NCBI GenBank assembly: GCA_965216785.1
Contig: OZ244197.1
Location: 736,001 to 800,000, forward strand
From: Thermodesulfobacteriota bacterium
GTDB lineage: Bacteria > Desulfobacterota_D > UBA1144 > Nemesobacterales > UBA2774
DNA: 64,000 nucleotides
Direction: 5' to 3'
Shown in pieces: positions 8,370 through 16,872 of this stretch (the stretch's first letter is position 1; every line of letters starts with the position of its first letter). A model generated the notes under the pieces. That model did no database searches. It was not told the DNA's origin and worked only from the letters and a program-made list of their open reading frames with translations. A program made the position numbers and the translations under genes.

Positions 8370-9965
8370 TTAGCCGCGGCCTCTGCCCTTTTTGGCTTTT
8401 GTGATAAACGGCCCCTTACCCTTCTTTTTCCCTTTAAAGTATGAAAGAAGCACCTCTGCCTCATGGAAAGGCAGGGTAACAAATGAGAAACTGTCCAGGA
8501 TTTGTACATCTCTAATCTTTTTACTTTTTATACCGCACTTGTTCTGTATAAAGTGTGTAAGTTTCTGTGGTGTTAACCCGTCTTTCTTGCCCTGAGTTAC
8601 GAAGAGCCTTGTCTTACCTTGGGTATCAACAAGATTTGTTTCTTTGTATGGGCTTCTGATTTGAGTGTAATTTTTCTCATCCAGCTCATCCTGAAATGAA
8701 TACTCAAGCAGTGCCGCCACTATGTCCTGAGGCTCATTCGCCTCTAGAAGCTCCTGAGACATTTCTAAGTACTCGATCCTCGGACTTGCTTTCACTAAGT
8801 CGTCAAGGATATTACTTATCCTGAGCTTTTTAGACTTAATTACATCTTTAACGCCGGGGAGCTTAGCCTTTCGGATATCTGTCTTTGTTTCTCTGCTTAT
8901 ATACCTGAGTTTTCTGTACTCCTCTGGCGTGACAAATGTAATGGCGTTCCCCTCTTTTCCGGCTCTCCCCGTCCGCCCTATCCTGTGTACGTATGATTCG
9001 GCGTCCTGGGGAAGAGCAAAATTAATGACGTGTGTCAGGTCTTGGACATCAATACCTCTTGCGGCAACATCTGTTGCAACGAGTATATTAATCAGGCGCT
9101 TTTTAAATTTATTCAGTATCTTCTCTCTTTGCGGCTGAGATAAATCGCCGTGCAAAGCGTCTGCGTCGTACCCGCGCTCAATCAAGTGATTGGCAATGTT
9201 GTCAACGTCCTTTTTTGTCCTGCAGAAAACAAGGCCGTAAAACTCCTCTTCAATATCGATGATCCTGCATAGCGCTTCAAACTTATCCCGGGCTGATACC
9301 TCGAAATAGATCTGGTCCGTCTGAGATACCGTGAGCTGATCGCTCGTAACCTTTATCTCATCAAACTCCCTCATATGCTGGCTGGCGATCTTGAGAATCT
9401 CTTTTGGCATAGTTGCGGAAAAGAGAAGCGTCCTTTTCTCTGAAGCGGTATGCTTCATAATCTTTTTGACGTCTTCGAGAAAACCCATGTTGAGCATCTC
9501 ATCGGCCTCATCTAAAACAAGGTGTGAAATCTCACCCAGTTGCAGAGTTCCACGCTCTATGTGGTCATACACCCTGCCAGGGGTGCCAATGACAATATCG
9601 ACCCCTTTTTTAAGGAGTCTCAGCTGAAGGTTAATAGACTGGCCGCCGTAAATCGGGATTACGGTTAGCTTTCTCTTGCCCTTTAGGGAATGGATTTCCT
9701 CGGCCACCTGTATCGCAAGCTCTCTTGTAGGTGTCAGCACCAGGGCTTGCACGTGACCTCTGTTTTCTTCGAGAAGCTCAACAAACGGGAGCCCGAACGC
9801 GGCTGTTTTACCCGTGCCCGTTTGAGCCTGGGCCACTATGTCTTTATCCCCATCCAGTATTGCTGGAATGGTGGCTTCCTGTATTGGTGTAGGAACCTCA
9901 AAACCCTTTTTCTTAAGGACTTTAAGCGTTGATATGGATAATCCTAATTCTTCAAAAGATAGCAT
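8370..9965 (-). CDS. DEAD-box RNA helicase with C-terminal DbpA-type RNA-binding domain (DeaD/CshA-like)
   Basis: Q-motif, AQTGTGKT, PTRELA, DEAD, SAT, ARGID, HRIGRTGRAG; C-terminal TRLFVTQGKKDG domain. Confidence 0.95.
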   Translation of the reverse strand: MLSFEELGLSISTLKVLKKKGFEVPTPIQEATIPAILDGDKDIVAQAQTGTGKTAAFGLPFVELLEENRGHVQALVLTPTRELAIQVAEEIHSLKGKRKLTVIPIYGGQSINLQLRLLKKGVDIVIGTPGRVYDHIERGTLQLGEISHLVLDEADEMLNMGFLEDVKKIMKHTASEKRTLLFSATMPKEILKIASQHMREFDEIKVTSDQLTVSQTDQIYFEVSARDKFEALCRIIDIEEEFYGLVFCRTKKDVDNIANHLIERGYDADALHGDLSQPQREKILNKFKKRLINILVATDVAARGIDVQDLTHVINFALPQDAESYVHRIGRTGRAGKEGNAITFVTPEEYRKLRYISRETKTDIRKAKLPGVKDVIKSKKLRISNILDDLVKASPRIEYLEMSQELLEANEPQDIVAALLEYSFQDELDEKNYTQIRSPYKETNLVDTQGKTRLFVTQGKKDGLTPQKLTHFIQNKCGIKSKKIRDVQILDSFSFVTLPFHEAEVLLSYFKGKKKGKGPFITKAKKGRGRG

Positions 9966-10250
9966 TTATTATATTACTCCCTTCATACACCACCGTTTCA
10001 GTGTGTATGATTCAGTTATTGTTCTCAATTTACCGGAATTGTCATAAATTATAAGAATAGTTTTTCGGCAATGACAGTAAGTTGTTTAGTTCTGGAAACG
10101 CATCCCGCCTTAACGATCAATCTACAATAATTTACATCAATTATATTTACCACTCACTTTTTAACTTGCTACATTATACCCGATATAATATAAATATTTA
10201 GATATGACGGCTAAACCCGTTTTCGGTAATATATTGTTAGAGCGGATATC

Positions 10251-10841
10251 ATGAACCGAACCCAAACAGACCGAACAACATTTCGCCCGGCAAGGAAGGA
10301 CGAGGGCAGACTGATTGCAGAGCTTTTCAGCATAGCATCTGACGGAGTTGCCGAGTACATTTGGACCACGTACGCCGAGCCAGGTGAGGATATATTCGAA
10401 TTCGGCGCCGCGCGCTATGCTGAGGAAGATACGCCGTTTAGCTATAAAAACGCTGTATTTGCTGAGCTGAATGGTGAAGTCCTTGGGATGCTCCTTACTT
10501 TTCCGATGGAAGAGAGCGATGTGGAAGAGTCTGAAATTGACCCTGTTCTCCTCCCATACACAAAGCTTGAGCAGTACGGGAGCTTCTACATATGCGCTAT
10601 GGCGGTATTCGATGAGTACAGAGGAATGGGGATCGGCACGAAATTCCTTGAGATCGCTGAGCAGCAGGCGAAAGAAAGAGGGCTTGCGCAGCTGAGTTTA
10701 CTGGTGTTTGAGCAAAATGAAGGCGCGGTGAGGCTCTACAAACGAAACGATTTTTACGAGATCAAGCGTGAGCCGATGGTGCCGCACGAACTCATTCACT
10801 ACACGGGCGATGTGCTTCTTATGGTGAAGGACCTTAAGTAA
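10251..10841 (+). CDS. GNAT family N-acetyltransferase
   Basis: MAVFDEYRGMGIGTKFL acetyl-CoA motif A; NEGAVRLYKRNDF. Confidence 0.9.
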   Translation: MNRTQTDRTTFRPARKDEGRLIAELFSIASDGVAEYIWTTYAEPGEDIFEFGAARYAEEDTPFSYKNAVFAELNGEVLGMLLTFPMEESDVEESEIDPVLLPYTKLEQYGSFYICAMAVFDEYRGMGIGTKFLEIAEQQAKERGLAQLSLLVFEQNEGAVRLYKRNDFYEIKREPMVPHELIHYTGDVLLMVKDLK

Positions 10842-10916
10842 TTCCAGCTATTCATTTGAAAATCCAAATCCACAGTTATTTATCACAATAGATACCAGAA
10901 AAAATTAACGTTTGAT

Positions 10917-10964
10917 TTGACAGGTTTTAAATATACGCATATAATTGAGAAAGTTTCTCAATTA
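10917..10964 (+). promoter_or_regulatory. Sigma70 promoter overlapped by a Fur-family (Zur-type) box
   Basis: TTGACA (10917-10922)-17 bp-TATAAT (10940-10945); perfect 11-1-11 palindrome TAATTGAGAAA-G-TTTCTCAATTA at 10942-10964. Confidence 0.85.
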
Positions 10965-11063
10965 GGACCAATCACACAATCTATTGTAACTATTTATAGA
11001 GAACGGAGCGGTTAGCACGGTCGTGTATTATCTTTAAAAAATAGGGTTTTTAAGTTAATAATC

Positions 11064-11480
11064 GTGTCAAAAGATATAAAAAGCATATTCCACGAGCAGG
11101 GACTGAAGTTTACGCCGCAGAGAAAGGCTGTACTTAAAGTCCTTCAGGATACGCACGCATATCTGCCGATAAATAAAATTCATACAAACGTAAAGGAGAT
11201 ACTCCCCGGCACAGGCCTGGCTACTGTATACCGCTCGCTTGAAACATTGGTCGATCTCGAATTAGTCGTGAAAGTTCACCTCAAAGACGGCTGCCACAGC
11301 TACGCGCTAGCACCCGAAGGGCACCGTCACCCTATTGTCTGTACCGACTGCAGTAAGGTAATCGAATACACAGAGTGCCCTATTGAGGAATTATCGAAAA
11401 AGGTATCAAAAGACACCGGCATCCCTATTCAAAACCATTTCCTTCAGCTTTTCGGGAAATGTAAGGAATGTAGGGCGTAA
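11064..11480 (+). CDS. zur: Fur family transcriptional regulator, probably Zur
   Basis: TPQRKAVL, GLATVYRSL, HRHPIVCTDC, GKCKEC; heads an operon containing znuABC-like genes. Confidence 0.75.
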   Translation: MSKDIKSIFHEQGLKFTPQRKAVLKVLQDTHAYLPINKIHTNVKEILPGTGLATVYRSLETLVDLELVVKVHLKDGCHSYALAPEGHRHPIVCTDCSKVIEYTECPIEELSKKVSKDTGIPIQNHFLQLFGKCKECRA

Positions 11481-11495
11481 GGAAAATAAAAAGAT

Positions 11496-12167
11496 ATGTC
11501 ACATTTACACATACCCGACGGAGTGCTCCCCGGCTGGCTCGTATTAGCAGGCTGGTTATTCACAGCGGTATTACTCGCATTGTGTATATACAGAGTAAGG
11601 CGTGTAGAGCTGACCCGGAAGATCCCGCTCATCGGGATAATTTCAGCGCTCATGATCGTATGCATGACGCTGCCGGTGATTCCGTTTGCGTATCACGTGA
11701 ACCTGAGCGTAGTGGCCGGGATAATCCTTGGACCCGCGCTTGCGTTTATTTCAATATTCATCGTAGACCTGATAATAGCGATGTTCGGCCACGGGGGGAT
11801 AACCGTAGTCGGGCTTAATACTATTGTAGTCGGCGCCGAAGCAGTACTCGGTTATTACCTATTTCTAATGTTTAAAATGCTGATGGGTAACTATTCGGTC
11901 GGCTGGTCGTCGGGGATTGCAGCGGTGTTCAGCCTGATATTGAGCACAACATTACTAGTAGGTCTACTTTATGCAGCCCATGTGAACCCCGATCTAATGA
12001 TAGAGGCGGAATCACACGTAAAAAACGGGCTTAACATTGGCGTGTTCATAAAAACAGCCCTGACCATACTATTTTTCGGGTGGATGATCGAGGGAGTGAT
12101 TACAGGGCTCGTTATAAAGTACGTCTCGGGCATCCGGCCAGATTTGATACAGACGGACACAACATAG
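11496..12167 (+). CDS. cbiM: ECF transporter substrate-capture subunit, CbiM/NikM family
   Basis: N-terminal HIPDG motif, YHVNL, FGHGGITVVGLN, MIEGVITG. Confidence 0.8.
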   Translation: MSHLHIPDGVLPGWLVLAGWLFTAVLLALCIYRVRRVELTRKIPLIGIISALMIVCMTLPVIPFAYHVNLSVVAGIILGPALAFISIFIVDLIIAMFGHGGITVVGLNTIVVGAEAVLGYYLFLMFKMLMGNYSVGWSSGIAAVFSLILSTTLLVGLLYAAHVNPDLMIEAESHVKNGLNIGVFIKTALTILFFGWMIEGVITGLVIKYVSGIRPDLIQTDTT

Positions 12168-12177
12168 GAAACAGAGA

Positions 12178-12981
12178 ATGGACATTGCACTAATAGATTA
12201 TTACGCAAATCATGGAAAGAGCTTTCTCCACAGCGCAGCGGCACCGAGCAAGCTACTGTTTTCAGCCCTGGTCATAGCCTCTGTAGTGATTACAGAAGAG
12301 TTTTACCTTTTGCTCGCCATTTATCTGTTACTTGTAAGCATGGCCGTATGGACAAGGCTTTCAGTTACTAAAATAATAACTATTGCGGCTTATCCTGCTA
12401 TATTCGCAATTTTATTCGTCATAGCAACCTGGGACGGAAGTCTGTTGAGAGCGGGGGTGATAATGTTAAAGGCCCTAACCGCCGCCCTTACTATGGTGAT
12501 TCTCATAGTAACCACTCCTTACCCCGATGTTTTTAAAACCCTAAAACCTATATTGCCCGGGATAATTCACGACGGGCTGTATCTGACGTACCGCTCGCTC
12601 TTCGTTCTGCTTGAAATGACCGATGAACTGGTTAAAGGTCTTAAGGTAAGAGGCGGTCTGACAAAAAAGAAATATTTCACAAACATCGCCAATTTCTCGT
12701 CCGGCATTGGGCTCGTGCTGGTAAAGGGGTTCGACATAACGGAAAAGTATTACGGTGTGATGAAAGTAAGGGGGTATACAGGGAAAATTGCGGCGGATAA
12801 AAACAGCAGGAGATTTAGTACAGAGGACTTAAGGGCAGTAGGATTTGGTGTATTAATATTCTCCGTAGCGCTTGGAGTTAAGCTTTATGGAAGTATCTAC
12901 AAATCGGGCTTATATGCGCTTATTCTTGCGGCAATCATTCTAATAATATCAATAGGATACATAGCTAAAGAGAGAAAATAA
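12178..12981 (+). CDS. cbiQ: ECF transporter transmembrane subunit T (CbiQ family)
   Basis: Multi-TM; TTPY, LTYRSLFVL, two VRG coupling motifs. Confidence 0.8.
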   Translation: MDIALIDYYANHGKSFLHSAAAPSKLLFSALVIASVVITEEFYLLLAIYLLLVSMAVWTRLSVTKIITIAAYPAIFAILFVIATWDGSLLRAGVIMLKALTAALTMVILIVTTPYPDVFKTLKPILPGIIHDGLYLTYRSLFVLLEMTDELVKGLKVRGGLTKKKYFTNIANFSSGIGLVLVKGFDITEKYYGVMKVRGYTGKIAADKNSRRFSTEDLRAVGFGVLIFSVALGVKLYGSIYKSGLYALILAAIILIISIGYIAKERK

Positions 12982-12990
12982 GGAGAAACT

Positions 12991-13848
12991 TTGGAAGAGC
13001 TTGTAAAAGTAAGTAACCTGAAATTCAAATACCCCGACGGCACCTCGCTCTCATTTGACGGGCAGGAATTTACTGTGGGAAAAGGTGAGCGTGTAGCAAT
13101 ACTCGGACCCAACGGAAGCGGTAAATCTACACTTCTCTCGCTCCTTTTGGGACTATTAAAATCAACAGAGGGCGAGATCAATGTGCTCGGTGTAAACCCT
13201 GGAGCAGACTATGAGAAAGTACGCGAGCGAATAGGGGCGCTCCTTCAGAACGTGGAGCTTCAGATCATCGCCCCCCGCGTATGGGATGATATTTCATTTT
13301 CTCCACGGAACTACGGCTACGACAAGGAAGAGACAGATAAGCTTGTAGAGGAGCTTCTTGTTAAGCTCGATATTGACCACCTTAGAGATAAAGTGCCTCA
13401 TTACCTGAGCGGGGGGGAAAAAACCAAGGTTGCAATTGCGGGCGCTCTTGCCACTAGACCCGAGCTTTTAATCCTGGACGAGCCGTTCGAGCACATAGAC
13501 CCCACTTGCAGAAAAGAACAGATAAATCTGCTGAACAGCGTAAACCGCGAGCACGGAACAGCTATAGTATTATCAACACACAACATGAATACAGTGCCTC
13601 TTGTCGCAGATACGGTCTATTTGATCGGCGAGGGAGGACATATAGTTAAGAAAGGCACCCCGAAAGAGATTTTCTCTGATGTAGAGTCTCTTTCAAAATG
13701 CCATATTGAGCCTCCTATATTGGGAGAGCTCTTCTCGGAGCTTAAGAAAAGCGGCATAGATTTAGATGTATCTTTAACAGTAGAAGAGGCCGCTTGCACT
13801 TTAAGGGATATCTTGCTATCATCTAAAAACAGGTCGGACGTCGGATGA
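12991..13848 (+). CDS. cbiO: ECF transporter ATPase (CbiO family)
   Basis: GPNGSGKST, LSGGEK, LILDEP, STH. Confidence 0.85.
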   Translation: MEELVKVSNLKFKYPDGTSLSFDGQEFTVGKGERVAILGPNGSGKSTLLSLLLGLLKSTEGEINVLGVNPGADYEKVRERIGALLQNVELQIIAPRVWDDISFSPRNYGYDKEETDKLVEELLVKLDIDHLRDKVPHYLSGGEKTKVAIAGALATRPELLILDEPFEHIDPTCRKEQINLLNSVNREHGTAIVLSTHNMNTVPLVADTVYLIGEGGHIVKKGTPKEIFSDVESLSKCHIEPPILGELFSELKKSGIDLDVSLTVEEAACTLRDILLSSKNRSDVG

Positions 13849-14183
13849 ATACAGTTAGAGAAAATATAATGAAAGGACCCGCAAGATTGTTACTGCCGAT
13901 GTTGGCAGTCATCTTCGTTATATCTATCAGCTTACACAATCATGCTATAGGTATAGACTCCGGATCTGTAATTGAGCTCTCCGACGCGGCGCCCGACACG
14001 CACCATTCGGTCCAGGATTGCTCTGCCTGTTTACTGCAGGGAAACGTTAAGCTGCCGGATATGGGTGCCGTATTCATTGCACCTATCCCGCTGATTATCA
14101 CATCCTTAGAAGAAACCGAATTTCTAATACCATCTTCATTCTTACAACTTAATAAACCCTCACGCTCACCGCCGACCGTATAG
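13845..14183 (+). CDS. DUF2946/CruR-like metal-sensing upstream ORF (putative ribosome-arrest peptide)
   Basis: N-terminal hydrophobic segment, HNH, HH, CSAC, C-terminal RSPP; directly upstream of an outer-membrane metal-uptake gene; alternative start ATG 13869. Confidence 0.7.
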   Translation: MNTVRENIMKGPARLLLPMLAVIFVISISLHNHAIGIDSGSVIELSDAAPDTHHSVQDCSACLLQGNVKLPDMGAVFIAPIPLIITSLEETEFLIPSSFLQLNKPSRSPPTV

Positions 14184-14381
14184 CTTTCAGTTTGCCGTGT
14201 GAGCACAAGGGTGAAATGAACCGATAAATTCGCCCCAATTATACATATACATTCATATGTTCGGACTAAAGTGCGGAAGTTCCGTTTTTAGCGCCGAGGT
14301 TTTTTCTATTCAATAAGAAATAGCTCACACCGGCTGATTGGTTACCGGAATTCCATACTAATACACATTTGGAGGTGAGTT
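14184..14381 (+). promoter_or_regulatory. Structured intergenic leader (candidate translational switch/attenuator)
   Basis: Outer helix 14194-14204/14323-14334 encloses hairpins 14209-14235, 14243-14260 and 14261-14297 (the last followed by a T-run). Confidence 0.55.
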
Positions 14382-15767
14382 ATGCGTTTAAGAAGAATTA
14401 TCTTTACAGCAGTCCTAATTCTGTTTATATCTCCGGATTTTACACAGCAAGCATTTGGAGATGAGAAAAATGATGTAAAGCAGGAACTAAAAGAGCTCAG
14501 GAAAATGATGGAAACGATGCAGCAAAGAATTGATGAGCTTGAAGAGAAAAATGAAACATTGGAAAAACAAGCCAAAGAAAAAGACGAGACAATAGTAGTC
14601 GAAGAGGAAACGGATTTAACCGTGATTGAGCAGCCTGCCACTGAGCGGGAGGGATTTTTCCAGAGAGCCCTCAATACCTTTAACCCCGAGATAAGCGTAA
14701 TAGGTATATTCGCTGCCGCCTGGTATTCGCAGGACGACCCGATTGTATTCGCTGAGGCAGACCCTGAAAATACTGGCGTTAATCTACAGGAACTCGAGAT
14801 CGGATTTCAGGGCGTTATAGACTCCTACTTCAGGTTCGATGCTTTCCTCTCTTTCGGAATCGAAGGAGTGGAGCTTGAAGAAGCATACGGGACAACGCTT
14901 TTCAGCCTGCCGCTTAACTCTCAGATAAGAGCGGGAAGAATGAGGGCCAAGTTCGGCAGGATCAACCAAATCCACAGACACAACCAGAACTTCGTGACTC
15001 TGCCGCTACCCGCAGCTCAGTTCTTGGGCGAGCATCTAAACCCAACGAGCATAGAGGCTAATTTTCTTGTGCCCGTTCCTTGGTATATGGAGCTAAGCGC
15101 TCTGGGCGGAAGCCCTGACGTAGAGACACCGACCTTTGACAGGGACGAAAACGCAAACAACCTGGCAAGGCTCCTTTATATTTTCCATTTGGCAAACTTC
15201 GTTGAGGTCTCTGAGGCGCTTGGCGTAAGCTTGGGCGGCTCGTTCGCTACGGGCGCAAACAATACCGGGCGTGATGAGAGATCAAACCTATACGGTGTAG
15301 ACCTATTCGCCAAATACCGGCCGCTTAAAAATAACCCTTATCAGGAAGTGATGCTCCAGTCAGAGTTTATGTACCTAGACGCGGACACCCCTGAAGAGAA
15401 CCTCGAGAACTGGGGCTGGTACGCTCAGCTCGTTTACCGTTTCGCAAAGAGATGGAATACCGGATTTCGGTACGGGATAATCGACACGAATACACCTGTA
15501 CATGAAGAAGAGGAGCTAGAGGGTGATCCGGCCGGGCTGTTTAGTTTAATTAGGACAGGCGAGGAGGAAGAGGGACATGAAGAAGGGATGCTCGGTTTAG
15601 AAGGCAGAACGTACCGCCTATCGCCGATGCTGACTTTTAACCCGAGCGAATTCTCGCGCCTGAGAATACAGTACGACTACCTGAACCAGGACTTTGCCGA
15701 AAACCAGCACGCGATATTCCTTCAGTTCCAGTACTCGCTGGGAGCGCACGGGGCGCACCCGTTTTAA
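14382..15767 (+). CDS. Zinc-regulated outer-membrane beta-barrel/porin-like protein
   Basis: Signal peptide, coiled-coil N-terminus, NPEISVIG, LEEAY, FGRINQIHRH, PSEFSRLRIQY, C-terminal LGAHGAHPF; precedes znuA. Confidence 0.8.
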   Translation: MRLRRIIFTAVLILFISPDFTQQAFGDEKNDVKQELKELRKMMETMQQRIDELEEKNETLEKQAKEKDETIVVEEETDLTVIEQPATEREGFFQRALNTFNPEISVIGIFAAAWYSQDDPIVFAEADPENTGVNLQELEIGFQGVIDSYFRFDAFLSFGIEGVELEEAYGTTLFSLPLNSQIRAGRMRAKFGRINQIHRHNQNFVTLPLPAAQFLGEHLNPTSIEANFLVPVPWYMELSALGGSPDVETPTFDRDENANNLARLLYIFHLANFVEVSEALGVSLGGSFATGANNTGRDERSNLYGVDLFAKYRPLKNNPYQEVMLQSEFMYLDADTPEENLENWGWYAQLVYRFAKRWNTGFRYGIIDTNTPVHEEEELEGDPAGLFSLIRTGEEEEGHEEGMLGLEGRTYRLSPMLTFNPSEFSRLRIQYDYLNQDFAENQHAIFLQFQYSLGAHGAHPF

Positions 15768-15792
15768 GAAAACGTAATAGGAGAAAAGAGCT

Positions 15793-16776
15793 ATGAAAAA
15801 CAAAATTTCACTAAAACAATTTGCATTGAGTGTGTTATTTGCAGCGGCGGCGCTTGTTATGACCGATATACCCGCGCTTGCCCAGGTAAAGGTAGTGACT
15901 TCAGTACCGGACTTTGCCGCTATCGCAAAAGAGATCGGCGGAGACAGAGTAGAGGTAACGAGCCTCGCCAAGGGTTACCAAGACCCCCATTTCGTAGACG
16001 CAAAGCCGATTTTTATTACAAGGCTTAACCAGGCGGATATGCTTATCTATAACGGTCTTGACCTAGAAGTTGGGTGGCTGCCGATTCTCATTACTGGGGC
16101 AAGGAACTCAAATATCTCCTCTCCCCACGAAATCGGCCACTATAACGCCTCTGTATCAATTAAGGAATTTCTGGAAGTGCCCACTATACCAGTCGACAGG
16201 TCGATGGGGGACGTACACCCGGGGGGCAACCCTCACTATATGCTTGACCCCAGAAGCGGTATACCCGTCGCCAGAAGCATCGCTGCAAGACTCATACAAA
16301 TAGACACTGAGAACGCTTCATATTACGAGGAGAATTTCAACAACTTCGTCAGCACACTCAGGCTTAAGATAAGCGAATGGGAAGATGAGCTTGAGCCCTT
16401 TAAAGGCACTCAGGTCGTAACATACCATAAGCTCTGGAGCTACTTCTTGAATTGGGCGGGTTTTAAGAACGCGGGAACGATAGAACCTAAACCGGGAATA
16501 CCGCCTTCGCCTTCACACACTGCCGAGATTATAAACACGATGGAGCGTAAGAATGTCGGACTTATTATAGCGGCTAACTATTACCCGGAAAAAACGGCTT
16601 CGATTATCGCCCAGAAAACAGGCGTCATTTTCCTTTCTTTGCCTGCGATGGTTGAGGGGAGAGACGGTATAGAGAGCTATATTGAGCTATTCGACGCGCT
16701 CGTGGGCGAGATTACGTCTGCGCTTCAGAATAGGACAGGCTCGACTGAAATCAGGGCAGGATTTAATGACGGATAA
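15793..16776 (+). CDS. znuA: Metal (Zn/Mn) ABC transporter substrate-binding protein
   Basis: QDPHFV, GDVHPGGNPHY, YHKLWSY; cluster A-I solute-binding protein. Confidence 0.85.
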   Translation: MKNKISLKQFALSVLFAAAALVMTDIPALAQVKVVTSVPDFAAIAKEIGGDRVEVTSLAKGYQDPHFVDAKPIFITRLNQADMLIYNGLDLEVGWLPILITGARNSNISSPHEIGHYNASVSIKEFLEVPTIPVDRSMGDVHPGGNPHYMLDPRSGIPVARSIAARLIQIDTENASYYEENFNNFVSTLRLKISEWEDELEPFKGTQVVTYHKLWSYFLNWAGFKNAGTIEPKPGIPPSPSHTAEIINTMERKNVGLIIAANYYPEKTASIIAQKTGVIFLSLPAMVEGRDGIESYIELFDALVGEITSALQNRTGSTEIRAGFNDG

Positions 16777-16801
16777 ATAAGTTTACATATCTCCAAAGGT
16801 G

Positions 16802-16842
16802 CCCCCGGGCTGCCCTTGAGAAGGGGACTCAGTCCGGGGGGG
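16802..16842 (+). other. GC-rich intercistronic hairpin between znuA and znuC
   Basis: CCCCCGGGCTG (16802-16812) pairs with CAGTCCGGGGG (16830-16840); inner CCCTT/AAGGG. Confidence 0.6.
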
Positions 16843-16872
16843 TTCTCACTTTCTAAGTCTGGGATAAAAACG

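Noticed and set aside
10015-10035. Second Zur-type box in the helicase leader (TTCTCAATT)
   Set aside because: Only a half-site; the other arm does not match.
16816-16872. Extended N-terminus of znuC from TTG 16816
   Set aside because: It runs through the intercistronic hairpin; ATG 16873 fits the ABC ATPase start better.
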